Positions 1 to 11,215 of a stretch of 64,000 nt of DNA are shown here, piece by piece. Below the pieces are notes generated by a model. It was given only the letters and a program-made list of their open reading frames with translations, was not told the DNA's origin and made no database searches. The position numbers and the translations under genes were made by a program. This DNA is from Escherichia coli (lineage in GTDB: Bacteria > Pseudomonadota > Gammaproteobacteria > Enterobacterales > Enterobacteriaceae). The stretch is taken from the NCBI RefSeq assembly GCF_003334385.1, contig NZ_QOWN01000022.1. One strand, given 5' to 3'. Positions within the stretch are counted from its first letter, which is position 1, and every line of letters starts with the position of its first letter.

Positions 1-143
1 AGCAACGCGCGCTGGCGCAGGGGCTGCTCCTGCTGACCTGTGGCGCATACGGCAACGTGATTCGCTTCCTGTATCCGCTGACCATCCCGGATGCGCAATT
101 CGATGCGGCAATGAAAATTTTGCAGGATGCGCTGAGCGATTAA
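1..143 (+). CDS. puuE: 3' end of a class-III aminotransferase gene (GABA/putrescine pathway type), partial at window edge
   Basis: ORF enters from the 5' edge and stops at TAA 141-143; C-terminal peptide ...GAYGNVIRFLYPLTIPDAQFDAAMKILQDALSD; lies immediately upstream of pspF as in K-12. Confidence 0.55.
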   Translation, partial: QRALAQGLLLLTCGAYGNVIRFLYPLTIPDAQFDAAMKILQDALSD

Positions 144-164
144 TAGCCCAACGCAATAATGTCT

Positions 165-245
165 GATGCGCTGCGCTTATCAGGCCTGCAAACGACGTAT
201 TGATTATGTATGCCGAATAAAGCATTCACGCCGCATCCGGCAAGT
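165..245. repeat. REP-like palindromic element in puuE-pspF intergenic region
   Basis: GC-rich imperfect palindromes of REP type (gcctgcaaacgacg ... cacgccgcatccggcaag). Confidence 0.4.
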
Positions 246-262
246 TGTATTGCTCAACTTCG

Positions 263-1240
263 CTAAATCTGGTGCTTTTTCAACAACGCGCGGAACTGAT
301 GATAAGTTAACCCCAGTAATTCAGCCGCGCGCTTCTGGTTATATTTCCCTTGTTGCAAACTGAGTTGCAGCAACTCTTTTTCCTGCTGCATCTGAAACTC
401 ACGTAAATCCAGCGGCAGTGTTGGAAGCGAGGTGGTTTCTGAAACGGCGATAGCGTCTTCAGGCGGACGCCGTTTAAAGGGATCAATAATGATGTCATCA
501 AGCGGATAATCGCTGGTGCCGTGGCGATACACTGAACGTTCCACCACGTTTTTCAATTCACGAATATTTCCCGGCCAACGATAATTCAGCAATGTTTCTC
601 TGGCGCGCTCCGTAAACCCCGGGAACAGAGGCAGCTTGATTTCCCGACACATCTGGATGGCAAAGTATTCTGCCATCAACATTATGTCGCTTTCGCGCTC
701 GCGCAGTGGTGGCAGTTGTACAACATCAAAAGCCAGTCGGTCGAGCAGGTCAGCGCGAAAAGTGCCTTCATTGACCATCGCCGGGAGATCGGCATTCGTC
801 GCGCATACCAACCGCACATTCACCTGCAATGGCTGGCTGCCGCCAACGCGCTCCAGTTCACCGTACTCAATCACGCGCAATAATTTCTCCTGCACCATCA
901 TCGGTGCCGTAGCGAGTTCATCAAGAAATAGCGTACCGCCGTCGGCACGTTCAAATCTCCCTGGATGACGTTTTTGCGCACCGGTAAACGCCCCCGCTTC
1001 GTGACCAAACAGTTCGGAATCCAGCAGATTTTCATTTAACGCCGCGCAGTTAAGGGAAATAAACGGCCCTTGCCAACGGGAGGAGAGATAATGCAGGCGG
1101 CTGGCAATCAGCTCTTTACCGGTGCCGCGTTCGCCGATGATGAGCACCGGTTTGTCCAGCGGTGCGAGATGCGAAACCTGTTCCAGCACTTCGAGAAAGC
1201 TGTTCGCCTCACCAAGTAAATTATCTTTGTATTCTGCCAT
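263..1240 (-). CDS. pspF: sigma54-dependent psp operon transcriptional activator (AAA+ enhancer-binding protein)
   Basis: ORF track 263..1255; recognised PspF sequence starting MAEYKDNLLGEANSF (internal Met 5 codons into ORF); Walker A GERGTGKE; C-terminal HTH. Confidence 0.93.
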   Translation of the reverse strand: MAEYKDNLLGEANSFLEVLEQVSHLAPLDKPVLIIGERGTGKELIASRLHYLSSRWQGPFISLNCAALNENLLDSELFGHEAGAFTGAQKRHPGRFERADGGTLFLDELATAPMMVQEKLLRVIEYGELERVGGSQPLQVNVRLVCATNADLPAMVNEGTFRADLLDRLAFDVVQLPPLRERESDIMLMAEYFAIQMCREIKLPLFPGFTERARETLLNYRWPGNIRELKNVVERSVYRHGTSDYPLDDIIIDPFKRRPPEDAIAVSETTSLPTLPLDLREFQMQQEKELLQLSLQQGKYNQKRAAELLGLTYHQFRALLKKHQI

Positions 1241-1334
1241 GATGAAATTCGCCACTTGTTAGTGTAATTCGCTAACTCATCCTGGCATGTTGCTGTTGAT
1301 TCTTCAATCAGATCTTTATAAATCAAAAAGATAA

Positions 1335-2075
<741 letters not shown>

Positions 2076-2128
2076 TAACATCCAGGCGGCGTCCGAACGC
2101 GCCGCCGCTCATCGTCTAAGGAGTACTT

Positions 2129-2353
2129 ATGAGCGCGCTATTTCTGGCTATTCCGTTAACCATTTTTGTGCTGTTTGTTTTACCGATCTGGTTATGGCTG
2201 CATTACAGCAATCGTTCTGGTCGCAGTGAATTGTCGCAAAGTGAGCAGCAGCGATTAGCGCAACTGGCTGATGAAGCAAAACGGATGCGCGAACGTATTC
2301 AGGCGCTGGAATCTATTCTTGATGCAGAACATCCGAACTGGAGGGATCGCTAA
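2129..2353 (+). CDS. pspB: phage shock protein B (membrane)
   Basis: 74-aa ORF with N-terminal TM helix; operon position. Confidence 0.92.
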   Translation: MSALFLAIPLTIFVLFVLPIWLWLHYSNRSGRSELSQSEQQRLAQLADEAKRMRERIQALESILDAEHPNWRDR

Positions 2354-2712
2354 TGGCGGGCATTAATCTCAATAAAAAATTATGGCGTATTCCACAGCAG
2401 GGCATGGTCCGCGGCGTCTGCGCCGGGATTGCCAACTATTTTGATGTACCGGTAAAACTGGTGCGTATCCTGGTGGTGCTGTCGATTTTCTTCGGTCTGG
2501 CGCTGTTTACCCTGGTTGCTTACATCATTTTGTCATTTGCGCTTGATCCAATGCCGGACAACATGGCCTTTGGTGAGCAGCTACCTTCCAGCAGCGAATT
2601 GCTGGATGAAGTCGACCGTGAACTGGCGGCAAGTGAAACGCGTTTACGCGAGATGGAACGTTATGTCACTTCCGATACTTTCACGTTACGTAGCCGTTTC
2701 CGTCAACTGTGA
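2353..2712 (+). CDS. pspC: phage shock protein C
   Basis: 119-aa ORF overlapping pspB stop (ATGA coupling); TM segment. Confidence 0.92.
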
Positions 2713-2720
2713 GGAAAGTT

Positions 2721-2942
2721 ATGAATACTCGCTGGCAACAGGCCGGGCAAAAGGTAAAGCCTGGTTTCAAATTAGCAGGCAAGCTGGTACTTCTTACCGC
2801 ACTGCGCTATGGCCCGGCGGGTGTGGCGGGCTGGGCGATAAAATCAGTTGCTCGCCGACCGCTGAAAATGTTGCTGGCTGTGGCGCTGGAACCGCTGTTA
2901 AGTCGGGCTGCTAATAAACTGGCACAGCGTTATAAAAGGTGA
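2721..2942 (+). CDS. pspD: phage shock protein D
   Basis: ORF track 2709..2942; recognised PspD begins [11 protein letters not shown] at internal Met. Confidence 0.85.
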
Positions 2943-3016
2943 GGGGAGTTTCGCAAAAATTGTTAAATCTCAGGCGTATAATGGATGGCAATTTTCATCC
3001 ATAGAAGGACGCTTAC

Positions 3017-3331
3017 ATGTTTAAAAAAGGCTTACTTGCTCTGGCACTGGTGTTTTCACTGCCCGTTTTCGCCGCTGAACACTGGATCGATGTTCGTGTT
3101 CCAGAGCAGTATCAGCAAGAGCACGTTCAGGGGGCCATCAATATTCCCCTGAAGGAAGTGAAAGAGCGCATTGCCACCGCCGTTCCGGATAAAAACGACA
3201 CCGTGAAAGTGTATTGCAATGCCGGACGCCAGTCAGGGCAAGCAAAAGAGATCCTTAGCGAGATGGGATATACCCACGTTGAGAACGCCGGTGGCCTGAA
3301 AGACATCGCAATGCCGAAGGTCAAAGGTTAA
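3017..3331 (+). CDS. pspE: periplasmic rhodanese (thiosulfate sulfurtransferase)
   Basis: 104-aa ORF with signal peptide and rhodanese active-site Cys (CNAGRQS). Confidence 0.92.
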   Translation: MFKKGLLALALVFSLPVFAAEHWIDVRVPEQYQQEHVQGAINIPLKEVKERIATAVPDKNDTVKVYCNAGRQSGQAKEILSEMGYTHVENAGGLKDIAMPKVKG

Positions 3332-3344
3332 AAGAATTCACCAT

Positions 3345-3373
3345 GAGCGGCGCTTATGCGCCGTTTTTTTTTC
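3345..3373 (+). terminator. intrinsic terminator after pspE
   Basis: GC hairpin gcggcgc-ttat-gcgccg followed by T9 run. Confidence 0.8.
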
Positions 3374-3543
3374 TGTCACACCTTATTTACATCCCCATAG
3401 ATTATTTGCGTCAGCTCACAAATACGCTTTTTCCCTGGTAAAAAATGATTTCCTGCGTGACTAAAACCCTTGTGCTCAATTGACAGTTTATTTTCTGCGG
3501 AGTAGTCTCTCGTTTCATGGGACCGCTACCACGGAAAGGCAAC

Positions 3544-5223
3544 ATGAAACAGAAAATTACGGATTACCTGGACGAAATCTACGGTGGAACATTTACCGCA
3601 ACTCATTTACAGAAACTTGTAACGCGTCTTGAGAGTGCGAAACGATTAATTACACAGCGACGTAAAAAACACTGGGATGAAAGTGATGTCGTGTTAATTA
3701 CCTATGCCGATCAATTTCACAGCAATGATTTAAAACCATTACCCACATTTAATCAGTTTTACCATCAATGGCTGCAAAGCATTTTTTCACATGTTCATTT
3801 GTTGCCGTTTTATCCATGGTCATCTGATGATGGCTTTTCGGTAATTGATTATCATCAGGTCGCCAGTGAAGCGGGGGAGTGGCAGGATATTCAGCAACTC
3901 GGTGAATGCAGTCATTTAATGTTTGATTTTGTCTGCAACCATATGTCGGCAAAAAGTGAATGGTTTAAAAACTATTTACAACAGCATCCAGGTTTTGAAG
4001 ATTTTTTTATTGCCGTTGACCCGCAAACCGATCTCAGCGCCGTCACTCGCCCGCGTGCGTTACCGTTATTAACGCCATTCCAGATGCGCGATCATTCAAC
4101 GCGCCATTTATGGACCACCTTTAGTGACGATCAAATTGACCTGAATTACCGTAGCCCTGAAGTGTTGCTGGCGATGGTGGATGTTTTACTCTGTTACCTT
4201 GCGAAAGGTGCTGAGTATGTCCGCCTGGATGCCGTTGGCTTTATGTGGAAAGAGCCGGGAACAAGCTGCATCCATCTGGAAAAAACACATCTGATTATCA
4301 AACTGTTACGGTCGATTATTGATAACGTTGCGCCAGGTACAGTGATCATTACCGAGACCAATGTTCCGCATAAAGACAACATTGCTTACTTTGGCGCAGG
4401 CGATGACGAAGCACATATGGTGTACCAGTTCTCGCTGCCGCCACTGGTGCTGCATGCGGTGCAAAAACAGAACGTTGAGGCGCTTTGTGCGTGGGCGCAA
4501 AACCTGACACTACCTTCCAGCAACACCACCTGGTTTAACTTCCTCGCCTCTCACGATGGCATCGGGCTAAACCCGCTACGGGGCTTGTTGCCTGAAAGCG
4601 AAATATTAGAGCTGGTCGAGGCGTTACAGCAGGAAGGTGCATTAGTAAACTGGAAAAATAATCCCGACGGTACACGCAGTCCGTATGAAATAAATGTGAC
4701 CTATATGGATGCGTTAAGCCGCCGTGAGAGTAGCGATGAAGAACGTTGCGCCAGGTTTATCCTTGCCCATGCGATTTTGTTAAGTTTCCCCGGTGTGCCA
4801 GCGATATATATTCAAAGTATTCTTGGCTCGCGTAATGATTACGCAGGTGTCGAAAAACTCGGATATAACCGTGCGATTAACCGTAAAAAATATCACAGTA
4901 AAGAGATAACCCGAGAACTGAACGATGAAGCTACATTAAGGCATGCGGTATATCATGAGTTGTCGCGTTTAATTACACTTCGTCGCAGCCATAACGAGTT
5001 TCATCCGGATAATAATTTTACCATTGATACGATTAATTCATCCGTAATGCGTATTCAAAGAAGTAACGCTGATGGTAATTGTCTGACTGGATTGTTTAAT
5101 GTCAGTAAAAATATTCAGCATGTAAATATTACTAATCTGCATGGTCGGGATCTGATTAGTGAAGTTGATATATTGGGTAATGAAATAACGCTGCGCCCCT
5201 GGCAGGTTATGTGGATTAAATAA
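3544..5223 (+). CDS. ycjM: GH13-family sucrose-phosphorylase-like enzyme (glucosylglycerate phosphorylase)
   Basis: ORF track 3517..5223; start placed at internal ATG 3544 (MKQKITDYL) with GGAAAGG RBS; synteny. Confidence 0.88.
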   Translation: MKQKITDYLDEIYGGTFTATHLQKLVTRLESAKRLITQRRKKHWDESDVVLITYADQFHSNDLKPLPTFNQFYHQWLQSIFSHVHLLPFYPWSSDDGFSVIDYHQVASEAGEWQDIQQLGECSHLMFDFVCNHMSAKSEWFKNYLQQHPGFEDFFIAVDPQTDLSAVTRPRALPLLTPFQMRDHSTRHLWTTFSDDQIDLNYRSPEVLLAMVDVLLCYLAKGAEYVRLDAVGFMWKEPGTSCIHLEKTHLIIKLLRSIIDNVAPGTVIITETNVPHKDNIAYFGAGDDEAHMVYQFSLPPLVLHAVQKQNVEALCAWAQNLTLPSSNTTWFNFLASHDGIGLNPLRGLLPESEILELVEALQQEGALVNWKNNPDGTRSPYEINVTYMDALSRRESSDEERCARFILAHAILLSFPGVPAIYIQSILGSRNDYAGVEKLGYNRAINRKKYHSKEITRELNDEATLRHAVYHELSRLITLRRSHNEFHPDNNFTIDTINSSVMRIQRSNADGNCLTGLFNVSKNIQHVNITNLHGRDLISEVDILGNEITLRPWQVMWIK

Positions 5224-5236
5224 AAAGGAACATCTC

Positions 5237-6529
5237 ATGATTAAATCAAAAATCGTGCTGTTATCAGCACTGGTTTCATGCGCCCTGATTTCAGGCTGTA
5301 AAGAAGAAAATAAAACGAATGTATCCATCGAATTTATGCATTCTTCGGTGGAGCAGGAGCGCCAGGCCGTTATCAGTAAATTGATTGCCCGTTTTGAAAA
5401 AGAAAACCCTGGCATCACCGTTAAGCAAGTGCCCGTGGAAGAAGATGCCTATAACACTAAAGTCATTACTCTTTCACGTAGCGGTTCGCTGCCGGAAGTG
5501 ATCGAAACCAGCCATGACTACGCCAAAGTGATGGACAAAGAGCAGCTTATCGATCGCAAAGCGGTTGCCACAGTCATCAGCAACGTTGGTGAAGGCGCGT
5601 TTTACGATGGCGTACTGCGTATTGTGCGTACCGAAGATGGTAGCGCATGGACCGGTGTTCCTGTCAGCGCCTGGATTGGCGGTATCTGGTATCGCAAAGA
5701 TGTGCTGGCAAAAGCGGGGCTTGAGGAGCCGAAAAACTGGCAACAGCTGCTGGACGTTGCACAGAAACTGAATGACCCGGCGAATAAAAAATACGGCATT
5801 GCGCTGCCTACAGCAGAAAGCGTGTTGACGGAACAATCCTTCTCCCAGTTTGCGTTATCCAACCAGGCTAACGTCTTTAACGCCGAAGGCAAAATCACCC
5901 TTGATACACCAGAGATGATGCAGGCACTGACCTATTACCGCGACCTTGCTGCCAACACTATGCCGGGTTCTAACGACATCATGGAAGTGAAAGACGCCTT
6001 TATGAACGGCACCGCGCCGATGGCGATTTACTCCACCTATATCCTTCCGGCTGTGATTAAAGAAGGCGACCCGAAAAACGTCGGTTTCGTGGTGCCAACC
6101 GAGAAAAACTCTGCGGTCTACGGCATGTTGACCTCGCTGACCATTACCGCCGGGCAAAAGACCGAAGAGACGGAAGCAGCAGAAAAATTTGTCACCTTTA
6201 TGGAGCAGGCAGACAACATTGCCGACTGGGTGATGATGTCGCCAGGTGCTGCGCTGCCGGTGAATAAAGCGGTGGTGACTACCGCCACCTGGAAAGACAA
6301 CGACGTTATTAAGGCGCTGGGTGAACTACTGAATCAGCTAATCGGTGAACTGCCAAATATTCAGGTTTTTGGCGCAGTAGGGGATAAAAACTTTACCCGC
6401 ATGGGTGATGTGACGGGTTCTGGCGTGGTGAGTTCAATGGTGCATAACGTCACCGTGGGTAAAGCCGATCTCTCTACTACGCTGCAAGCGAGCCAGAAAA
6501 AACTGGATGAACTGATCGAACAGCACTAA
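5237..6529 (+). CDS. ycjN: sugar ABC transporter periplasmic binding lipoprotein
   Basis: 430-aa ORF with signal peptide and lipobox (LISGC). Confidence 0.9.
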   Translation: MIKSKIVLLSALVSCALISGCKEENKTNVSIEFMHSSVEQERQAVISKLIARFEKENPGITVKQVPVEEDAYNTKVITLSRSGSLPEVIETSHDYAKVMDKEQLIDRKAVATVISNVGEGAFYDGVLRIVRTEDGSAWTGVPVSAWIGGIWYRKDVLAKAGLEEPKNWQQLLDVAQKLNDPANKKYGIALPTAESVLTEQSFSQFALSNQANVFNAEGKITLDTPEMMQALTYYRDLAANTMPGSNDIMEVKDAFMNGTAPMAIYSTYILPAVIKEGDPKNVGFVVPTEKNSAVYGMLTSLTITAGQKTEETEAAEKFVTFMEQADNIADWVMMSPGAALPVNKAVVTTATWKDNDVIKALGELLNQLIGELPNIQVFGAVGDKNFTRMGDVTGSGVVSSMVHNVTVGKADLSTTLQASQKKLDELIEQH

Positions 6530-6549
6530 ACCCAGGACAGGAATCCGCA

Positions 6550-7431
6550 ATGAACAGGCTTTTTTCAGGTCGTTCCGATATGCCCTTTGCGCTGCTGCTT
6601 CTCGCGCCCAGCTTATTACTGCTGGGCGGTCTGGTGGCGTGGCCGATGGTGTCGAATATCGAAATCAGTTTTTTACGTCTGCCGCTCAATCCCAACATCG
6701 AGTCAACGTTTGTTGGGGTGAGCAACTATGTGCGTATCCTCTCCGATCCCGGCTTCTGGCATTCGCTGTGGATGACGGTCTGGTATACCGCGCTGGTGGT
6801 GGCGGGCAGCACCGTGCTCGGGCTGGCGGTGGCGATGTTTTTCAACCGCGAGTTCCGCCTGCGCAAAACCGCGCGTTCGCTGGTGATCCTCTCCTACGTA
6901 ACGCCGTCCATTTCGCTGGTGTTCGCCTGGAAATACATGTTCAACAACGGCTACGGCATTGTTAACTACCTCGGCGTCGATCTTCTGCATCTCTATGAGC
7001 AGGCACCGCTGTGGTTCGATAATCCGGGCAGTAGCTTTGTGCTGGTGGTGCTGTTCGCCATCTGGCGCTACTTCCCGTATGCCTTTATCTCGTTTCTGGC
7101 GATTTTGCAGACCATCGACAAATCGCTGTACGAAGCGGCAGAGATGGATGGCGCTAATGCCTGGCAACGGTTTCGTATCGTCACGCTGCCCGCAATTATG
7201 CCGGTCCTGGCGACGGTGGTGACACTGCGCACCATCTGGATGTTCTACATGTTCGCGGATGTTTATTTGCTGACGACCAAGGTCGATATTCTCGGTGTAT
7301 ATCTCTACAAAACCGCCTTTGCCTTTAATGATTTAGGAAAAGCGGCGGCGATCTCGGTGGTGCTCTTCATCATTATTTTCGCTGTCATTCTGCTGACCAG
7401 GAAACGGGTGAACCTCAATGGCAACAAATAA
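6550..7431 (+). CDS. ycjO: sugar ABC transporter permease
   Basis: 293-aa multi-TM ORF. Confidence 0.9.
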   Translation: MNRLFSGRSDMPFALLLLAPSLLLLGGLVAWPMVSNIEISFLRLPLNPNIESTFVGVSNYVRILSDPGFWHSLWMTVWYTALVVAGSTVLGLAVAMFFNREFRLRKTARSLVILSYVTPSISLVFAWKYMFNNGYGIVNYLGVDLLHLYEQAPLWFDNPGSSFVLVVLFAIWRYFPYAFISFLAILQTIDKSLYEAAEMDGANAWQRFRIVTLPAIMPVLATVVTLRTIWMFYMFADVYLLTTKVDILGVYLYKTAFAFNDLGKAAAISVVLFIIIFAVILLTRKRVNLNGNK

Positions 7432-8260
7432 ACGCACACTCAGTCGCATCGGTTTTTACTGCGGGCTGGCGCTGTTTCTCATCATCACGCTGTTTCCATT
7501 TTTTGTGATGCTGATGACCTCGTTCAAGGGCGCGAAAGAGGCGATCTCACTGCATCCTACGCTGCTGCCGCAGCAGTGGACGCTGGAGCATTACGTCGAC
7601 ATTTTTAACCCGATGATTTTCCCGTTTGTCGACTACTTCCGTAACAGTCTGGTGGTGTCTGTGGTTTCATCCGTGGTGGCGGTATTCCTCGGCATTCTTG
7701 GGGCTTACGCGCTTTCCCGCCTGCGCTTTAAAGGTCGGATGACCATCAACGCCAGCTTTTACACGGTGTATATGTTCTCTGGCATTTTGCTGGTGGTGCC
7801 GCTTTTCAAAATCATCACCGCGCTTGGCATTTACGACACTGAGATGGCGCTGATCATCACCATGGTGACGCAAACTCTGCCCACCGCCGTGTTTATGCTG
7901 AAAAGCTACTTCGACACCATCCCCGATGAGATCGAAGAAGCGGCGATGATGGATGGCCTCAACCGTCTGCAAATTATCTTCCGCATCACCGTGCCGTTGG
8001 CGATGTCCGGGCTGATATCCGTGTTCGTCTACTGCTTTATGGTGGCGTGGAACGACTATCTGTTTGCGTCGATTTTCCTCTCCAGCGCCAGCAATTTCAC
8101 CTTACCGGTGGGCCTGAACGCGCTGTTCAGTACGCCAGATTACATCTGGGGACGGATGATGGCGGCCTCACTGGTGACCGCATTGCCGGTGGTGATTATG
8201 TATGCGCTTTCGGAACGTTTTATTAAGAGTGGTTTGACCGCCGGTGGCGTGAAGGGCTAA
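7418..8260 (+). CDS. ycjP: sugar ABC transporter permease
   Basis: 280-aa multi-TM ORF overlapping ycjO end. Confidence 0.9.
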   Translation: MATNKRTLSRIGFYCGLALFLIITLFPFFVMLMTSFKGAKEAISLHPTLLPQQWTLEHYVDIFNPMIFPFVDYFRNSLVVSVVSSVVAVFLGILGAYALSRLRFKGRMTINASFYTVYMFSGILLVVPLFKIITALGIYDTEMALIITMVTQTLPTAVFMLKSYFDTIPDEIEEAAMMDGLNRLQIIFRITVPLAMSGLISVFVYCFMVAWNDYLFASIFLSSASNFTLPVGLNALFSTPDYIWGRMMAASLVTALPVVIMYALSERFIKSGLTAGGVKG

Positions 8261-8290
8261 AGCGGCCAGTTTCTTTACAAGGAGTTTTAA

Positions 8291-9343
8291 ATGAAAAAGT
8301 TAGTAGCCACAGCACCGCGTGTTGCTGCGCTGGTTGAGTATGAAGATCGGGCGATTTTAGCTAATGAAGTGAAGATCCGCGTGCGTTTCGGCGCACCGAA
8401 ACACGGAACGGAAGTGGTCGACTTCCGCGCCGCCAGCCCGTTTATTGATGAAGACTTTAACGGCGAATGGCAGATGTTCACTCCGCGTCCGGCAGATGCG
8501 CCGCGCGGCATTGAGTTTGGCAAATTCCAGCTTGGCAACATGGTGGTTGGCGACATTATCGAGTGCGGCAGCGACGTTACCGACTACGCGGTGGGCGACA
8601 GCGTATGCGGCTACGGCCCGCTCTCCGAGACGGTCATCATTAACGCAGTGAATAACTACAAGCTGCGCAAAATGCCGCAAGGCAGCTCCTGGAAAAACGC
8701 CGTCTGCTACGACCCGGCGCAGTTTGCCATGAGCGGCGTGCGCGATGCCAACGTGCGCGTAGGGGATTTTGTGGTGGTGGTAGGGCTTGGCGCAATCGGT
8801 CAAATTGCCATCCAACTGGCTAAACGCGCTGGCGCTTCTGTGGTGATTGGCGTCGATCCTATCGCCCATCGCTGTGATATTGCCCGTCGCCACGGCGCGG
8901 ATTTCTGCCTTAACCCCATCGGCACTGATGTAGGTAAAGAGATCAAAACGCTGACCGGCAAGCAGGGTGCCGATGTGATTATCGAAACCAGCGGCTACGC
9001 CGACGCGCTGCAATCGGCGCTCCGCGGTCTGGCTTATGGCGGCACCATCTCCTATGTCGCGTTTGCCAAGCCGTTTGCCGAAGGTTTTAACCTCGGACGC
9101 GAAGCGCATTTCAATAACGCCAAAATTGTCTTCTCTCGCGCGTGCAGCGAACCGAACCCGGATTATCCGCGCTGGAGCCGCAAGCGTATTGAAGAAACCT
9201 GTTGGGAACTGCTGATGAACGGTTATCTCAATTGCGAAGATTTAATCGACCCGGTGGTGACCTTTGCCAATAGCCCGGAAAGCTATATGCAGTATGTCGA
9301 CCAGCATCCGGAACAGAGCATCAAAATGGGCGTTACGTTTTAA
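8291..9343 (+). CDS. ycjQ: Zn-dependent sugar dehydrogenase (MDR family)
   Basis: 350-aa ORF with Rossmann motif GLGAIG. Confidence 0.88.
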   Translation: MKKLVATAPRVAALVEYEDRAILANEVKIRVRFGAPKHGTEVVDFRAASPFIDEDFNGEWQMFTPRPADAPRGIEFGKFQLGNMVVGDIIECGSDVTDYAVGDSVCGYGPLSETVIINAVNNYKLRKMPQGSSWKNAVCYDPAQFAMSGVRDANVRVGDFVVVVGLGAIGQIAIQLAKRAGASVVIGVDPIAHRCDIARRHGADFCLNPIGTDVGKEIKTLTGKQGADVIIETSGYADALQSALRGLAYGGTISYVAFAKPFAEGFNLGREAHFNNAKIVFSRACSEPNPDYPRWSRKRIEETCWELLMNGYLNCEDLIDPVVTFANSPESYMQYVDQHPEQSIKMGVTF

Positions 9344-9361
9344 TTCAAAGGAATGAAAAAA

Positions 9362-10150
9362 ATGAAAATCGGCACACAGAATCAGGCGTTCTTTCCGGAA
9401 AACATTCTGGAGAAATTTCGTTATATCAAAGAGATGGGCTTCGATGGTTTTGAGATTGACGGCAAACTGCTGGTTAACAACATCGAAGAAGTCAAAGCGG
9501 CGATCAAAGAAACCGGTTTACCGGTGACCACCGCCTGCGGTGGCTATGACGGATGGATTGGCGACTTTATCGAAGAGCGTCGTCTTAATGGCTTAAAGCA
9601 GATCGAGCGCATTCTCGAAGCGCTGGCAGAAGTGGGCGGTAAAGGCATCGTCGTTCCGGCTGCGTGGGGCATGTTTACCTTCCGCTTACCGCCGATGACC
9701 TCGCCGCGTAGCCTGGACGGCGACCGCAAAATGGTGAGTGATTCCCTGCGCGTACTGGAACAGGTCGCCGCGCGTACCGGAACCGTGGTGTATCTCGAAC
9801 CGTTAAACCGCTATCAGGATCATATGATCAACACCCTCGCCGATGCCCGCCGTTACATCGTCGAAAACGATCTTAAACATGTACAGATTATCGGCGATTT
9901 CTATCACATGAATATCGAAGAAGATAACCTGGCGCAGGCGCTGCATGACAACCGCGACCTGCTCGGTCATGTGCATATTGCGGATAACCATCGCTACCAG
10001 CCGGGCAGCGGCACCCTGGATTTCCACGCGCTGTTTGAACAGCTGCGCGCGGATAACTATCAGGGCTATGTAGTGTACGAAGGGCGTATCCGGGCGGAAG
10101 ATCCTGCCCAGGCGTACCGTGATTCGTTGGCCTGGTTGCGTACCTGCTAA
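9362..10150 (+). CDS. ycjR: sugar-phosphate isomerase/epimerase (TIM barrel, xylose isomerase-like)
   Basis: ORF track 9353..10150; start likely MKIGTQNQ. Confidence 0.85.
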   Translation: MKIGTQNQAFFPENILEKFRYIKEMGFDGFEIDGKLLVNNIEEVKAAIKETGLPVTTACGGYDGWIGDFIEERRLNGLKQIERILEALAEVGGKGIVVPAAWGMFTFRLPPMTSPRSLDGDRKMVSDSLRVLEQVAARTGTVVYLEPLNRYQDHMINTLADARRYIVENDLKHVQIIGDFYHMNIEEDNLAQALHDNRDLLGHVHIADNHRYQPGSGTLDFHALFEQLRADNYQGYVVYEGRIRAEDPAQAYRDSLAWLRTC

Positions 10151-10159
10151 GAGGTCTTT

Positions 10160-11215
10160 GTGAAAAGTGCAATGACAAGCTCTCCGCTGCGGGTCGCGAT
10201 AATAGGCGCAGGCCAGGTGGCGGATAAGGTTCATGCTTCGTACTACTGCACCCGCAACGATCTGGAACTGGTGGCTGTCTGTGACAGCCGCCTTTCCCAG
10301 GCGCAGGCGCTGGCAGAAAAATACGGGAATGCATCCGTGTGGGACGATCCGCAGGCCATGCTGCTGGCGGTGAAACCTGATGTGGTTAGCGTCTGCTCAC
10401 CTAACCGTTTTCATTACGAACATACCCTGATGGCACTGGAAGCGGGCTGCCATGTGATGTGCGAAAAACCGCCCGCCATGACGCCAGAACAGGCGCGGGA
10501 AATGTGCGATACCGCGCGCAAACTGGGCAAGGTGCTGGCCTACGACTTTCACCATCGTTTTGCGCTCGATACGCAACAGCTGCGTGAACAGGTGACCAAC
10601 GGCGTTTTGGGAGAGATTTACGTTACCACCGCCCGCGCCCTGCGTCGCTGCGGCGTTCCCGGCTGGGGTGTCTTTACCAATAAAGAACTGCAGGGTGGTG
10701 GCCCGCTGATCGACATCGGCATTCATATGCTGGATGCTGCGATGTATGTGCTGGGCTTTCCGGCGGTGAAAAGCGTGAATGCGCATAGCTTTCAAAAGAT
10801 CGGCACGCAAAAGAGCTGTGGTCAATTTGGTGAGTGGGATCCGGCAACTTACAGCGTCGAAGATTCGCTGTTTGGCACCATTGAATTTCATAACGGCGGC
10901 ATTCTGTGGCTGGAAACGTCATTTGCACTCAACATCCGCGAACAGTCGATTATGAACGTCAGCTTTTGTGGTGATAAAGCTGGTGCGACGCTGTTTCCAG
11001 CACATATCTACACCGATAACAACGGTGAATTAATGACGCTGATGCAACGGGAAATGGCAGACGACAACCGCCATTTGCGCAGCATGGAAGCCTTTATCAA
11101 TCACGTACAGGGCAAGCCCGTGATGATAGCCGACGCCGAGCAGGGGTACATCATCCAGCAACTGGTGGCGGCGTTGTATCAATCCGCAGAAACAGGGACG
11201 CGTGTGGAATTATGA
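10160..11215 (+). CDS. ycjS: Gfo/Idh/MocA-family NAD-dependent oxidoreductase
   Basis: 351-aa ORF, N-terminal Rossmann motif IIGAGQVA; probable GTG start. Confidence 0.85.
   Translation: MKSAMTSSPLRVAIIGAGQVADKVHASYYCTRNDLELVAVCDSRLSQAQALAEKYGNASVWDDPQAMLLAVKPDVVSVCSPNRFHYEHTLMALEAGCHVMCEKPPAMTPEQAREMCDTARKLGKVLAYDFHHRFALDTQQLREQVTNGVLGEIYVTTARALRRCGVPGWGVFTNKELQGGGPLIDIGIHMLDAAMYVLGFPAVKSVNAHSFQKIGTQKSCGQFGEWDPATYSVEDSLFGTIEFHNGGILWLETSFALNIREQSIMNVSFCGDKAGATLFPAHIYTDNNGELMTLMQREMADDNRHLRSMEAFINHVQGKPVMIADAEQGYIIQQLVAALYQSAETGTRVEL

Noticed and set aside
6639-7222. Overlapping ORFs 6639..6965 (+), 6703..7167 (-), 6959..7222 (+) within ycjO
   Set aside because: GC-rich alternative-frame artefacts inside a well-supported permease gene; translations are Arg/Gly/His-rich nonsense.
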